A stretch of 64,000 nucleotides of DNA from Tubulanus polymorphus (taxonomy: Eukaryota; Animalia; Nemertea): the NCBI RefSeq assembly GCF_964204645.1, contig NC_134030.1, forward strand, positions 13,634,656 through 13,698,655, in the 5' to 3' direction. Made by a program: the position numbers and the translations under genes. This document shows, one piece after another, positions 49,214 to 63,529 of the stretch. The notes under the pieces were generated by a model, which searched no databases, was not told the origin of the DNA, and saw only the letters and a list, made by a program, of their open reading frames with translations. Within the stretch, counting starts at the first letter, position 1. Every line of letters begins with the position of its first letter.

Positions 49214-51639
49214 ATTAATTCCTGATGACTAGTTACTACGGAGCCCCGGATGATAAAATTTTAGTTTGAACATCTTTTCGTTTGAACAAATTTTTTGTCA
49301 GACCAAAAAGTTTTTCGTTCGAAACAAAAATATTTATTCGATTGAACAAAAGAAAAATGTTTTGAAAAATTCGAAAACGTTTTCTTGTTCGAACAAAAAG
49401 TATATTGTACGATCGAACTTTTTGGTTTACCTTTGTCAGCGATATGAAGTTGGCATTGAGCCAATTTCACGTAAAATCGCGGTACGTTTTTTTATGTGAG
49501 CATTTGTTTCATTGGTTCTCGGGTTAAACGACGTATAATCGATGCGCTTGAAGACATGATGAACATCCATCGATGTACATGGTCAACTTTGTTAAAATTC
49601 TACGATAAACTGTTTTTGGCGGGAAAATTCTTAGCTCTCACGTATATAATTGCAATGACCTCGATTGGGGGGGGGCATTGTCTCTATGAGCGAATGTGAT
49701 TGGCTGTTTTTGGGATATACGGGGAATTCCGGCACTACTAAAATAATTATGGGAAAGCCATAGAATGGCGAATGTTTCATTGGACTAGGTGCCGTATACG
49801 TGCAAATTTCAAATGCTCATTGCTGATGAGAATGTAATTATTATCCGCCATAGGTATTGTTTCATTTTAATACCCGGTGATTGATTTGATTGACACTGAA
49901 GTGCAAGCGAACATTCACTTACACAAGGCCTCCACGTGCGCGCAGAGTGCTATAGACTGTTGCACACAAACACACGCGTGTACAGTGTACACTACTATAG
50001 TGATACTGTAAACGCTGCTTGCTGACGCGTCTGATATTTCATCAACAGAAGATGAGCGCTATGTTTTCTGTTTGATATAATTTACAATAAATTGTAATTT
50101 CTTATGACCTGAAAATATTGAGCAGCAAACTACAAGTATAGGTCGAGGTCTGAATATCGTAGTAGTAAATTTCAGGATTTAAAACAATCTAATACGCCGA
50201 TTTCTTACTGCGACGGTTTAGATTCCGCGGCCATACATAGGAAGAGGTTTCCAAGACTAAATTCCCTGCCGTGCCTACCTGTACCCTACGAAATGTATAT
50301 TTTTGGTCTTATTTGACTACAAAATAATTCTTTGAGTAAGATGAAATACAAGATAGAACTTTGAAGTCACGAATTAAAAAGATTTTTCAAGCAATGCCCT
50401 TACCCCAAACAACCTCTAGCTTTCAAGGTAAACCACACATTGCCCATGGGCAATTTATTTTGTCGATACAAAAAGTTTTTCGTTCGAACAATAACAGCGT
50501 TTATTTGAACAAATTTTTTTGTTGGAATGAAATGTTTTTTCGTTAGAACAAAAAGTATATTGTTTGATCAAAGAGAATTGTTATGATTCGAACAAATTTT
50601 CTTGTTGGAACATTAAGTTCTTCGTTCGAACAAGCATATTGGTTCGATTGAAGTATTTTTCATTCCAAAGAAGAAGAGATAGTCTTTCCGTTATAATGAG
50701 TAATCTCCATTCGAACAAAATAACCTCACTTGAATTCGTTGTATCCAATACTCATATTATGACTTTTTCTTCATTCGAACAAAACTTTTTGAAAAAATTG
50801 TTCGAACTAAATTGTTTTCGTACATCAATATTTTTTTGTTGGAACAAAATTTTGTTTGTTCAATAAGGTAGCTTTTTGTTCAAACAAATTTTTTTGTTAG
50901 AACGAATAGTTTTCCATTCGAACAAAAAGTATATTGTTTGATTGAAGAGAATTGTCATTGGAACAAAATTTTCTTGTCGGAACATTAAGGTTTTCGTCCG
51001 AATAAGTATATTGTTCGATCGAAGCATTTAACATACCAAAGAAAAATTTTCATGGAACTAAAAAGACATTTAAATAAAATGAGTATTTTTTTCGAGAAGA
51101 AATTATCTTAACGAGTGAGTTATCATATGAACCTGGGCTTTCTTTGTATCCAATATCCATATTATGCCTTTTCAGGTTGCAGCTCATCTGCGGCCACCTG
51201 TTTTCAATTGGAGAAAACTGCTGAACCATTTCAGCAACCCATCATTGACTGTTTCTTAATAACTTTTTTAGTAATCGCTGTACCTAATCAAGTGCTTTTT
51301 CGAAATCCATAAAAACTAATTAAAGCCTAACAGTCGATTTTCCCGAGTCAGATAACCATCTGGTCCAGTCATCTTTGGTTTCAAGTAGCGCCTTATTGAC
51401 TGATTGTAGACCTTCCTTTTATAAACTAAACTGTGTTGACCGTTGAACAGGATTCTAAATTCCCATCAATTTCAATAGCATGGTGCGGCTGGGTCAGCAT
51501 ACACGCGATTGTGTCCGGTTGACACAGTACCCGGACAAGATCAAGAATATGAACAAGGCTGTGCAGAAAACCCGTTATCGCTGCTTTGCAGCTATATTTG
51601 TATCTTTTCATTTGATTTTCAACCATTGTATATTTTCAG

Positions 51640-51713
51640 AGGAACGCATGCAGTCCGGAAAAACAGATTTGGCTACTGCAGTTAGTGCTATGGCACAATC
51701 GACGAATGATTGA
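51640..51713 (+). CDS. CCDC12: CCDC12 terminal exon (KERMQSGKTDLATAV...ND*)
   Basis: Acceptor tattttcag; completes the IAELI-KER motif in phase; TGA at 51711-51713; AATAAA at 51963. Confidence 0.85.
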
Positions 51714-52233
51714 TCTATTGGACTCAAAATACGGAATGCTATCTCCATCTGGTGGACAATAATGACTTATTTCTTCAATCAAGTAGTGCAGATTCATCAT
51801 TCTGGTCGAAAGATCAGTTGACTCGAGTTCAATGCAAAGTAATTGTTTTACTCCCTCATTGGACAAAAACTAAGCTTAATGGAAAAACTACTAGAGGGCT
51901 AAGCATTTAAAAGTCAGCATCCATAGGCTTAAAATCAAAAACATGTCCTTGGATACATGCTAAATAAATGGATACATGGTATCTGAATAATTCAATTACC
52001 AATATTGTGTTTCTCTTTGAAGGTCTATGAAGTGTTTGATTTTTATTGAGGCCTTTATGCAGTCAATTTGGTTAATCAGTATAAGTGGGGCCCAACCTTC
52101 ATAGTACAGCAGGGCTCGAAGTGGGCCTTGAATTCAGCACTTTGATCGTGAAAATTGATTTTGGGGCCTTGAATTTTGAAAATTTTGCAAATCTGTAGAT
52201 TTGTGAATTTTGGTAGCAGTGTAACTAGTCTAA

Positions 52234-52459
52234 AGCTCAGTTTAGGTCGACTTACGACCCAATCATCTCGTAAGGATCTGCATTGTTTTCGACCTGAGTG
52301 CGCTTAAGACTGCGACAAATTGATCGGAGACCCGTTGTAAGCCGAAAGGCAAGGATAGAATGAGTTTTATTTCTTTTCTACGACCCGATCAAACCCTCGT
52401 AGCCAAACAGCGACACAGCAAGACTACTGCGATGGAGTCGTAGTGGACCGAGCTTAGCT
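52234..52459. mobile_element. Degenerate Tourist-type MITE
   Basis: Imperfect TIR agctcagtttaggtcgact..cgac / gtcgtagtggaccgagcttagct; TAA/TTA flanks. Confidence 0.5.
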
Positions 52460-53719
52460 TTATGCACAGTATTAAATCGTATTGATTTCTTTTCTATCCT
52501 GAGAGACCTTTGTTGAACTGAAGGTGTCTATTTGAGTCGTTGTGGGAAAACTCACTACCCATTTCTTGAACGCCTTAAGTGAAGTTAAAACCATTTCATG
52601 ATTACACAAAACATCAAACAGTTCCAACCAGCCACGACACATATCACCAATCAAGATAAATTATTTTATTCAATTTTACCAGAGTTGTTTAGGAGAAGTA
52701 AACACCATTACACATGTTGATTATGCCGACGACAACCATGTTGTATCATCAATCAGTTGACTGACAGTTTATTGGAAGGATGAAAATCCGTTTTACGAAC
52801 TGCGTAAAATAGATTCATGGTTAATATCCAGAGCACTCACGGGCCGTAGTACTCAGGGAAGCGGATCCAGTACATAATCCCACGTTCCAAAATCCCACAT
52901 GCCTTATTGCTGCTGCTGATTTCTGTTCAACTTTCAATGCAAGAAAATTGGTTATAAAGTGATATATACATGTAGAAACAGAGACAACTTGAATCCACAA
53001 GAATTGCTTAACCAAATTTTTTGTAGTCAAGAAATACATGTATTGAATTTCATGTATGACCATCAAAAGTTTTTAAAGTGAAAATGGATTTACAAAAAAG
53101 GAAAGTCACATATTTACAACTGTAGCACGGATTATTCTTTTACAAAGGTAAAAAATAGATATGATATAATGGTCTTACAAAGTTATTTCCTGGAAATCCT
53201 CATTTTGAATTAACGCAGTTCAGGTAACTTTCAGATTCAAGAGCGAATCATGTTGTTTGATCCGCGATGAAGGAGATAAAACGACGACACACTGCAGATT
53301 CCGATGTATCTTGTCATGTCTACTTAGTGACACTTTCTTTGCCAATAATGTGATGCTTGTGCACAGTTCATTTGGTATAAGTCGTGTGTTAATAGCTCTC
53401 GTTATACCACCTCTCACCCTCCACCGGAACGCCAACGAAATCATCAGTCCTATTCAAACTCTTAGAAAAATTAGAAATTTTCGCCGACGACGGTCCCGTC
53501 TGTTATGTTAATTTATTGTTTAATATTGTTTTACGTGAGTCGGCAGTATCACGCCGTGTCATTTGCAAGGGATAAGGATTCGTATAGAAAATTCACTGCC
53601 AGGAATTTTTCAAATTGCTTGTCACAAGGTTGTTTAGCGTTTAAATGATCGACATGCAGGATGGGTATCGTTTCACATTGCTTTACCGCGTCTGAGATCG
53701 CACCCATGGTAATTCTAGA

Positions 53720-54195
53720 CGTATTGGCGCCACTACGCGCCGTTGCAAAACCGCGCACGATTTACGCGTAGCAGCAGAAACAAAAATGGCCACCTTTTGA
53801 ATTTTCAATGTGAGAAATTGTATATGAATTTCAATCATTTCAGCTGTTAGGGATTCAAGGCACAATATAACTAGATGATGTGATATGGCGATGTTAATAA
53901 ATGATAAAGCCGCAGTGAAGCTAGACACAAACTGTCCCTGAGTGTACAGCGGCCAAAAACATATAAAATGAGTAGTTACATAACTATTTGCAGTGAATTG
54001 CAGACGAAACAATACATGAAGCCTTATTGGCCGTTTTCAAGAACATTATAGCAATCACAATGCAAAGATAATAATGATATACAACAAGTTAAAATTATGG
54101 CAATTTCTGAAATTTACTAATTTGTAGTCGACAAGGAACGTTTGGAACGTTTGGAACAATAATGAGGGGTGGTAGGTAGTCAATTCAAGTCATGA
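53720..54195 (-). repeat. Dispersed repeat H, copy 3 (empty of family A)
   Basis: Reverse complement of 14481-14830 and 10215-10360, contiguous. Confidence 0.8.
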
Positions 54196-54419
54196 TTTAC
54201 GGCATGTTACTTCCATGTTGTTGCAAATCTCGCGAGAATGGCGCAATATTGAAACTGGCAATAAATGCGAAATATCATACATATTTTTTGTACATATTCC
54301 TAATTTATCCGCTATAAAGTGCCGATAAACAATTGCATGTTTACGATCAATATGTTTGTACATGAGAGAGTTTCCGCCATCTTGTTTGCAGTGCGCATGC
54401 TCCCCATTCTGTTTGTAAA

Positions 54420-55050
54420 CACAATCCACATGTGTGAACTACAGAAGTAGTTGCGACAGTAGTAGTTTGTCCTGATGAGGCACTTGGCAACGGGGAGGAG
54501 AGCGTTGGGATTTTAGTCAAAACGCAGGCCGATCTTACGCTGGAACTGATCGGCGGTTGTTGCCTGTTCGTCCAGTTCATTCCAGTCGAGGACGGATTTG
54601 ACGAAGAACGAGTTTCGGTATTGAGCCGTGCTTGACCTCGGGACAACGTAGGGTTTGCTGTTGTCCGTGTAAAAGTCTTAGTAGATTTTAGCTCGTATGG
54701 CCCTTTTTCCTGATTAAGTAGCCTGCAGAAATTGATCGGGGGGCATAGCCCGGACCAACCCGTTTGTCACTTTGTACAAAAAGCTCAGTCGGACTTCAAA
54801 GCGCATGTCCCATTTGGTTGCCCATACTTCCAGGTTTTTCAGATCTTCCTGTAGATTGGTCATGTATGTTCTCTATTGTGCGTTACAATAGGCAGTCGTC
54901 TGCGAATAAACGGACCTGTGATAAGACGCTCTATGGTTGGTCGTTTATGTGACAAGAGGAACAACAGTGGACCGAGGACCGTTCCTTGAGGGACACCTGA
55001 TTCGACTGGTACCTCATTCGATTCGCTTCCGTCTAAGACGACTCTCATTG
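54420..55050 (-). mobile_element. CR1-group LINE 3' fragment
   Basis: ESGVPQGTVLGPLLFL, RLFADDCL, LQEDL..L..W...W.M.F, then YRNSFFVKSVLDWNEL and a stop. Confidence 0.85.
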
Positions 55051-56844
55051 TCGTAAAACGTGATTTTCGGTAATGGCGGTGGCGGCCATATTGAAAACGG
55101 CCAAATTACGGGTCAAAATTGAATAAAAATGGTTTTATCCAATAGTTTGACCATGGGAGTACGTAAAAACACCAACTTTTCTGGTGTAGGTGACTTGGTT
55201 GCAAAATGACGGTTGAAAATGTGTTTTTTAGTTACGGCAGCGATGACGATTTTGAAAAACCACCATATTTCAAATTTAAGGTATGATCTTGATTGTGTCT
55301 TAAAATTACCTTACTCCTACCACCATACGCTAAACCGAGGCAAGGTAACCTTTGTGTCATGACTTGAAGTCAGAAGACACTTAGCCCACCCACTAATTCA
55401 GTTTTTATGCGTTTTATGTTTTTTCCATGCTGTTGCCTAGCAACTGACATCAATGATAATTAAGTTGGTGTAACAGGATGTTAAACATTTGATAATTTAA
55501 GATATATGGACTAATTAAGCAAATATTATACTTATATATCAGCATATTGCATTTTATGATTTCTATAAAACAAGTAAAACATAAACTAAAACGCAATATG
55601 GTGATTAACCATAGCAACTTCAGCGCCCCCTATAGGTGAAAAAATCAGGACCCCAGAGTGGCAACAGGCATTTTCATGAACTATGGAATCTAATCTATCG
55701 ATTGATGTACCGGTATGTTGCCAACCATTAACAAAGAATGCCGTAATATTTTTTTCTAGAGGTCTTTTACCCCATTGGCAGCCCGCCTACAGGGCTTCCA
55801 CTGGTTTATTTTGGTCAACCATTTCTTGTAGGCGGTCCGGTAGGCACGCCAGTTCTGTACTTAAGCCTGGCGCACACGAGGCAATTTTCCGTCGCCGGTT
55901 GCTGCGACCGATTTTTGAGCAACCGTTGAGCAATCGATCGCTAGGTGTCGCCTGTATGCGACCACTGGCGACGGAGAGGCGATTATCTTTCGCGCCAAAC
56001 ATTTTTATCATGTGACTTGTCAAGATGGCCACGCTACTAACTCGGGTGATGCCGTATTTGGAAGTATCACATGATAATTATTCGTTTAGTCATTGGCTAG
56101 GTTGATGAGGTGCTCGTTGCTTGGCGTCTCCAGCTACCGCACACGGGCAACTCCCGAGCGATCGGCGAGCAATTTCTCGGCGACAAGCAATTTTCCGTCG
56201 CATTTTTTATTCGTGTATCTATTGTTTCAACCTGTTTATCAGGATACCGGGGACCTCCAGTGGTTAAGATGGATCTTAAAACATATGAAAAATTTTGAAA
56301 TATTGATTTTTTGCCATGTATGCCATTCATATATTTCAACTCATAAATTTTCGGAGGATTTAATATCTTAAAGAAATAGTCGTGAAGCCTTCAAATGATC
56401 GCACATGCGATCGGCCGCCCCGCGGTTCTTGAAATGGAAAATTAGTATCTCGTACGATTATGAGTGATCGGAAATAAAAGATGAAATCTAAATCATTCGA
56501 TTCTTTCAAAGAAATGCATAGGGAATGGGGTTTGTAAATAAACTTATTATCTTTTACCACCTCATTTCACATGTTGCCTCTCCCTGGACGTATTAACTAC
56601 ACTAACTGTGATCGTTGTGATCTGGCCACAAATCCACACAGATCACACTATGCTACCCATTCAATACCCAACTACCCACAGCTTTGATATGACCATCCTA
56701 TTATCTAAAAGTGTGTTTCTCCCTGGGTAGCCTGGTTAAAACGCATTACGTTCAGGTATTCTCCGGACAAATACATGTATCTCTTACTGATATCGTCATA
56801 CTTGTGTGTCTTTTCTCGACTCGGGGCATTCCACGATTATACAT

Positions 56845-58156
56845 GGGTCGTTTTGCGATAATTTGCGAAAACCCTAATTTCCATGCAATTTGTGTAAATA
56901 AAAACTTCAAATCAAAATGTTTGTATGAGTTTTTTTTTAGAATTTTACATATGATTGTATTATCTACAGAAAATGCATTGTTCGATTTTATGAGCGCATG
57001 AAAGTTACCGATCGCCATAAACCGATGTCTCCGACACTAAAAATCCGTTTTTATACCTTTATTTGACACATATGTCGGACATGGATTTGTTTGTTTGTTT
57101 TTTTTTTCATTGGCAATAATTGTTAGATTTTAATCATATTTTGAATTCAAAATCACCCGACAAAAATAGATATGATACAGGGCCAATAAATCATGATATG
57201 ATGTATTGGTTCTTTTTATTCTATGTCTCTATGTATCCGTCAGTACCGTAACACAGTTTCTCATGTTAATGCTACCACTGTTTGGTATGATTTTTTTCAA
57301 GTCACGTGATATACATTCACTGTATGCATACTGTTATTTCGGAGATAATTTAATTTTCATCAGATACGTTTTTACGTGTTATATGCATCATTCGAGAAAA
57401 ATACTAAGGGAGTATGTTTATTAATGATCAGTACCGTCACGAACGATATTATCTACTATTTGGCAACGTGTCAGACCTCATTTTAGTTATCCACGTTGTT
57501 CAAGGAGAGCACTTGTAATCACGAAGTAACCTGGTTTCCCAAGCAGTAAATTTGTATATAGATTCAAAATATACTTGATTCTTGTCATGTACCGTAACGA
57601 ATAAAATGCACAATCAGCCATTTTTGCACAAATTCTTCGAACCTGCTGAATTTTTCAGATCATAAGTCGTACATGTATAAATAACATTCTGGAGCACTTA
57701 ACTGCGTTCTAGAGCTCCTATTGCATAATCTTGTTTAATTTTCATCTGTCAGTTCTATAGCGGAATTCGTCAGTACCGAAACAAATAATGTCAGGTACCG
57801 TAATGCATAAAATGTGTTATATTTTTAGATATCATTCAATGTGTGATGGATTAATCTCGCAAAATCATTTTGATATTACAAATGCATTCCATCAACTGTG
57901 AAATGGAATGGAATACTTTCTAAAATATTCAGGAATGGTGATTGCATTCACGTTACGGTACTGACGTTCAGTTCATACGAGCTGACATTTCGGGTGCTGT
58001 AAAACAAGGATATATCATTCAAAGCGCGCTGCTGCGATAATTTTCCTCAGAGAAATGTATTTTGGCAGTTCAAAATTAACGATTCAAACACAAAATTTAC
58101 AAAAAATTTTTAACGGGTTGACAGACCCAAATCGACAGATTATCGCAAAACGGCCC
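56845..58156. mobile_element. 1.3 kb non-autonomous TIR element with 4-bp TSD (Sola2-like)
   Basis: TIR gggtcgttttgcgataat / attatcgcaaaacggccc; ACAT at 56841-56844 and 58157-58160; GRG terminus. Confidence 0.75.
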
Positions 58157-58838
58157 ACATGGCCCATTCAATTGGCACGAAAGCCGAAAGAAAAGCTTTC
58201 AAAATCTAGCGTCTTCATGTATATAGATCTTAATACGATGACTTACAGCAGCGATATGAACAATTTTATCGGGTCACGCCTTAGAATCGAATCATCTAAA
58301 AATAACGTCGGGGTTTTTGCGCATATTTTCAAGTGGACTGGAATACCTACGTCGTGACCCTGTTTGTATAATATCGCATGCATAGGCAATTATGTCACAA
58401 CGTTTGATATAAAACTAAACTGTCACCATACAGGATATGTATGTAAAGGTGAATAGCCAACATTCAGCGGGAAAGTACGGAAGTTATTGTCTCGTAATGG
58501 AATGAAATGTCATCGTGCCTTTTGTGATTTAAAAAGGAGCAGCGAGCGAGACTGGAAATAGACTGGTCCATCATACACATCGCATTCTTTCAGACACTAT
58601 CGAGCGAAACTAACGATACTGGAAACTTCTAGCAGCCGAAATACAGACCGCAGAGAGAAAGAGGAATACGTATTTCTTTTCGTCAGAACAATCTCAAAGG
58701 TCTAAGATTTCTGGATATACTCACGTGTTCGATAGATTTGAAATAATAATAGCACAATCCATCGATAAAGAATTTTTTTTCATATCAGTTACTAATAAGG
58801 GAATTCCACATTCATGGAATAACTTTCAAATCTGACAA

Positions 58839-59166
58839 ATGGAAGATAATAATAAATCGGCGAACAGGTCGTCTATGTTTTATGTAGCGTTAGAAGAAAA
58901 ACAGCATTTTAATAGTCAGAACAACCAACCGACGAAAACCGGCTCTACAAGATCGGATTCGATCAGCGATACATATAAACCTATTCGTATGGGTAGAGCT
59001 AAAAACTTCCTGGTTAAAAAATTGACGGCGACTCATCGAAAATCAACCACACAAATAGAACCCGAACCGAGGCCAACAACAGGGCAGCATTCACAGCAAG
59101 ATTCGAGATACCAATTGACATTCGAGATGAGTAATTTCGTATCGGACTTTACGAACTTTCTAGACA
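58839..59166 (+). CDS. Putative SKAP2/AFAP1-type adaptor, coding exon 1
   Basis: Open frame from ATG 58839 to donor CA|gtaagt (phase 1); ends ...EMSNFVSDFTNFLD and joins the next exon in frame. The true start codon is uncertain. Confidence 0.6.
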
Positions 59167-61287
59167 GTAAGTCGCATAAGCAGGCTACACAAAGATCGCC
59201 TTAGTTTAAAGTATTCGTTAAACTTAGCGTTTGCATTAGAATGAGTGTATACTTCATTTTTAAAGAAATCTTTCATGACATGCATTCTGAGTTAAATTCA
59301 ATTTCATTTTCAAATATTTTTTCAATAATAGATAACTTTAGCCAAATTAACTGTCTAAATATAATACCTATGACTCTGCATGATTATCATGAGCAGGCTT
59401 TCAAAATTTCACTTGAGCAATATAACAGTTTTATTATTGGTGACTGTATGTAAGACACTGACATATCAAGACATATATATTTCGCCATGTGTCATCTTAA
59501 CCGTATGTAACGCTAAATTGAAATTGAAGCGTAGGCGTGGTGTAGGCCTACCAATAATTATCGGAAGATACACGCTTCCAGTCGATAGGCCTACATTTTA
59601 TGGGGTATTGTTTTAGAGGGCAGTACCGGTACGTAAAAATTTAAATTATAATTTCATTCTTTTATCAATACACTGACGTTTTGAAAAGTGGTGCAAGTTA
59701 TCCTCGCAAACACCGTAGTCGAGACTGTACGGAAAGTTGTCCAGATAGTTACTAAAGAATATCTTCCCAACATTTCCCAATTGTCACCAGAAGTTCAAGT
59801 TACAAACCTTGTTTTTCAATTATGTATATTCAATAAATTGATACGGAATCATTCACATTATCATTTGCAATTTGATACATGTACAACTTTATTTCTAATT
59901 CATGACACCAGTATATCATGTCGGCGTCAAACGGACCCTACAATTAGCTTCCGCATTTGTATATGAAATAGCTATGTATCGATCATTGGGTAAATTGTTG
60001 TAAGGGTATATAGCTATGATATATTTGATTATATCAAAACACCAGGAAAAACTAACAGTTTTAATTTCAGTGTTATGAGATAACACCGCAACATTTGGGT
60101 TATCTTAACTATGACAGAGGTACTGGACTGATCAGGCATCAAACTTAACACGTGGAATTTGACACTGAATTTATATATAACTGAAAACAGTGGAACTGGA
60201 TCCCAAGTTAGATCCAACAGCCATAGAACTGTGGATCTAGAGAAATTTGTCTCACTGTGGAAATAGATGAACAGTCCAACCTACCCTATGAATCAATCGA
60301 ATTCAGAATCATTGAAACCCAATTGAATGAAACTGGAACTGAAACTGAAATACAGTCAGATCAAAGCGCCAGTGGAACTGTGGGTTTATAGTTGATTTAA
60401 ACCTTGGAGTAATGGTTTAACCCACTCTTTGAAAATTGACCAAGAGTAAAACATACAATGTAGGAGTAGGTCAGAGTGAAATTAAACTTCCAACTAAGGC
60501 TATAAACAAAAATGATACCTTGCTTCCCTGCATCGGTCGCATCATTTTTGTAAAATATGATAAAATCTTTAATCAGTTCATTTCTATAGCTGCCGGCTCT
60601 GTTTTGTTAAAATTGATCACGATTTGAAAAAAAAGAAATGTAGGGTAGATAAGTGGCCGGGCGGGTCAACATTTTGAGCTCAGCTGAGCGGAGAAACATG
60701 GTATCAATTTTCTACGTCTTTATCAAAACTGAGTTCATAGCAGTCCACATTGAACTCTCCTGGTTTTATGAGGAAAAGTTCACTTCAAAACCAGGGGTGG
60801 ATCGAAGGATGGCCAAAACGGATCGCCTCCCCCTATTTTTTGCCAATATAATATTTTCACAACCTGACTTAAGAAAGCTACACACACGGTGGCAAATTAT
60901 TGCCGCTCAAATTTACTCTATAATCACACTATAGATTTTCAGAAAATGATAGAAATGTTTCTTAATTCAAGGGCCTCTAAACCCTATTGTAAGGACTTCG
61001 CACCCACGCTGCTAACTGCCATGTATCAAGTACAGGTCTATCGGATGCTTTCGGCCTCCCATTCAGAATTCCTGGATGCGCCCAATAAAAGTTTTATTCA
61101 CTTTTAATCTAGGCCTAATTTTAATTCAGTCTGATCTATATTGCGATCAAAATACAAAGCAACCGATAACATCCAAACTGGGATTTTCTATTCCAAGTAC
61201 ACTGTGATACCGTAAATGTACGTATGATTATAGTTTATGTTATAGTGTTTATGGTTGATAAAAATTGATTTTTGTTTCGATTTTCAG

Positions 61288-61584
61288 GTACTGAAAAATT
61301 TCTGAAATCGCTGAAAAATGAGCCTATCAGTAAAGATTTGCACGCGATGTGTACCACTTTACGCGGCCATATAACTGAACTAAGAGAATACGATGTGGGT
61401 CAACTCCTCAGCGGGGTTACGGATGTCAAAACGACAAGCCAAGAACCGCCACCTATCGACAATGAGACTCAACAACAAAGAAAAATTGTCCACGTATCAC
61501 CGATGCAGGCTATAGGGCTACCGCCGGAATTACCTAACAGGCGACCATCCCATAACAAACAAAACATTGGCAGCGGATCTTTAG
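61288..61584 (+). CDS. Putative SKAP2/AFAP1-type adaptor, exon 2 (STEKFLKSLKNEPISKD...PPELPNRRP...)
   Basis: Acceptor gattttcag; 297 nt open; phase-1 donor G|gtttgg. FLDSTEKFLKSLKNEPISK resembles the SKAP N-terminal dimerisation helix pair; contains a PxxPxR SH3-ligand motif. Confidence 0.7.
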
Positions 61585-61832
61585 GTTTGGTTATTATTTT
61601 AATTATTAAACAGGATGACTTTCGATAGTTAATCACTTTTTTTTACAATACCTATTGACGTCGTACTTCAAGTACAATACTATATGATTAATGATAGGGG
61701 CGCCTACTATTATCCAGCGACATATTTTAATCTTTCTTTCTCTGGAAAAGATGATATAACATTTAGATTCTAATAGAATACATCGACTTATCTTTCAACC
61801 TCGATATATATGAATCTGCATAAATTCATTAA

Positions 61833-62004
61833 AGTAGAACCCACTTAATTCGAATTGTTTTGAGACCAAAAAATTCATCCAGTTTATTAAGGGAAATCCG
61901 GATTAAAAGTCATTATCATGTGTATTGATGAACAAAGGGACAGCATGCAAATGATTCGACCAAACGCCTGATTAAGCCGATCCGGATTAAGCGAGCCTGA
62001 CTGT
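61833..62004. mobile_element. Small Tc1/mariner-type MITE
   Basis: agtagaacccacttaattcg / cggattaagcgagcctgactg|ta inverted ends. Confidence 0.5.
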
Positions 62005-62034
62005 ACTAATTACATATGGTAGTCAGTTTCGTCG

Positions 62035-63285
62035 TATGGTGGCTGATAAGGGCTTTGAAAATATTCCCTGACAAAAAATAATATTGTCATATAAAGATAG
62101 AATTTCCATCGAAAAATATTCGTGAGTGAAAATAATTTGTGAAAAATAAATCGCTTTCAAAATACATATGTGAGTAAAAATATTTACATCTCCATCGAAA
62201 TATTTTCCCACGTCTAAGATATCTTAGCTGTACAAATGATTTCGGGTTTTCCCTTTTGCGCGCACTAATTGATTGTGCCACAACTAGGGCGCAGCAGTGT
62301 TTGTACCGTTAGTACGTAATGTTAGTATAACTAGCAATAACCTCGGATTGTCCTCATTGACTATGGTACCGCCACTGACAGCAGCAACTAGTGTCCAATA
62401 TTTCGGCCTCCTGTTATTGGTCTGATATAGGCCTAGTTCATTACCGAATTATGGACTGGTTGCCGGTTTCTATCTCCAATATTCACAGTATTCTGGGTTT
62501 ACCGAAACTATTTATTTCTAGATGGACAGGGTGTGATGCCGGTCTGATGAGCAATCAACGAGCCCTGATTTTAATTTTAGTGTAAATTTTTTTGGATATT
62601 TTTGACCCTAATTTTTGCGTCCAAATCGACTTTTTACATTTTATTTATTTATCTATCTATTTATTTTACACTCAAACTCATTACAGGTATTAGAGGGAAA
62701 ACACAAAATTTACAGATTTTATAACGCTGTTGAATATTTACAGGCGGGCACATCGTGACAGTTCAGGATCCAAAGCTCTACTCAATTACCCTGATCCATG
62801 TGTATATGAGGGCTCCGTGGAGTCGTCTTCACCTGTCAGGGACAGACTTCAGCAAGCCTTTGCCGGAACTGGTGGCAGCGAGTTCGGGAGCGTGTTATGC
62901 GTGTACCATACTAGGGCTAGTAGTATAGAAGCTTTATACCTCCCACCAGCGCTGTTCAATCAACAAGCGCGCGCTATACCGGAAAACCCCACAATTATGT
63001 TTTACACTGCAAAAATATTTTAGTCATTGGAATATATTTTGAAAGGAGGCGATTTACTTTTAATACCGAAATTGTTTTCAATTACGAATATTTTGAGTCT
63101 GATTTATTTTCCATAGCGGGATTATTTTTACCCACGCATGATTATTTTCAAAAGAAAATATTTTTCGCTTACGAAAACATTTTGATGGAATTTCGCACCG
63201 ATATTATTTTCACTCACGAATTTATTTCGATGGAAATTTAATTTTTTGTCAGGAAATATTTTCATGGCCCTTTTCAACCACGATA
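62035..63285. mobile_element. Mutator-like/foldback element with long imperfect TIRs and about 9-10 bp TSD
   Basis: tatggtggctgataagggctttgaaaatattccctgacaaaaaat... is mirrored at about 63200-63285; flanks GTTTCG-TCG / GTTTCGCTCG. Confidence 0.65.
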
Positions 63286-63529
63286 GTTTCGCTCGTCCTT
63301 CTCCATTACTGTCACATATTTTTTGTAATTGCTTGTAAAATGCATGCCATTTTTTCACAGTAGAGAAAATGACAACTGAGGATTCAGTATTCTAGATGTA
63401 ATGTACTTTGTCACGTAGATTGATATTCATTTCAATTTTCTCGACACTTCAAGTAGGTAGGAGGTGGGATGAAACTGAATCGAGGAGCGAATGAACTTTG
63501 CACAGGGGGAGAGGGTTATTTTTTCCCTT

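Larger units (their letters stand above)
45983..51599 (+). mobile_element. Family A Helentron/HINE-like element, copy 3 (most diverged, several nested insertions)
   Basis: 5' agggttttctg...cagaaaaccct; body homologous to copies 1 and 2; 3' cagaaaacccgttatcgctgctttgcagctatattt. Confidence 0.85.

Noticed and set aside
60792-61086. caggggtggatc...ggatgcgccc MITE
   Set aside because: TIRs are too degenerate and no TSD could be read with confidence.
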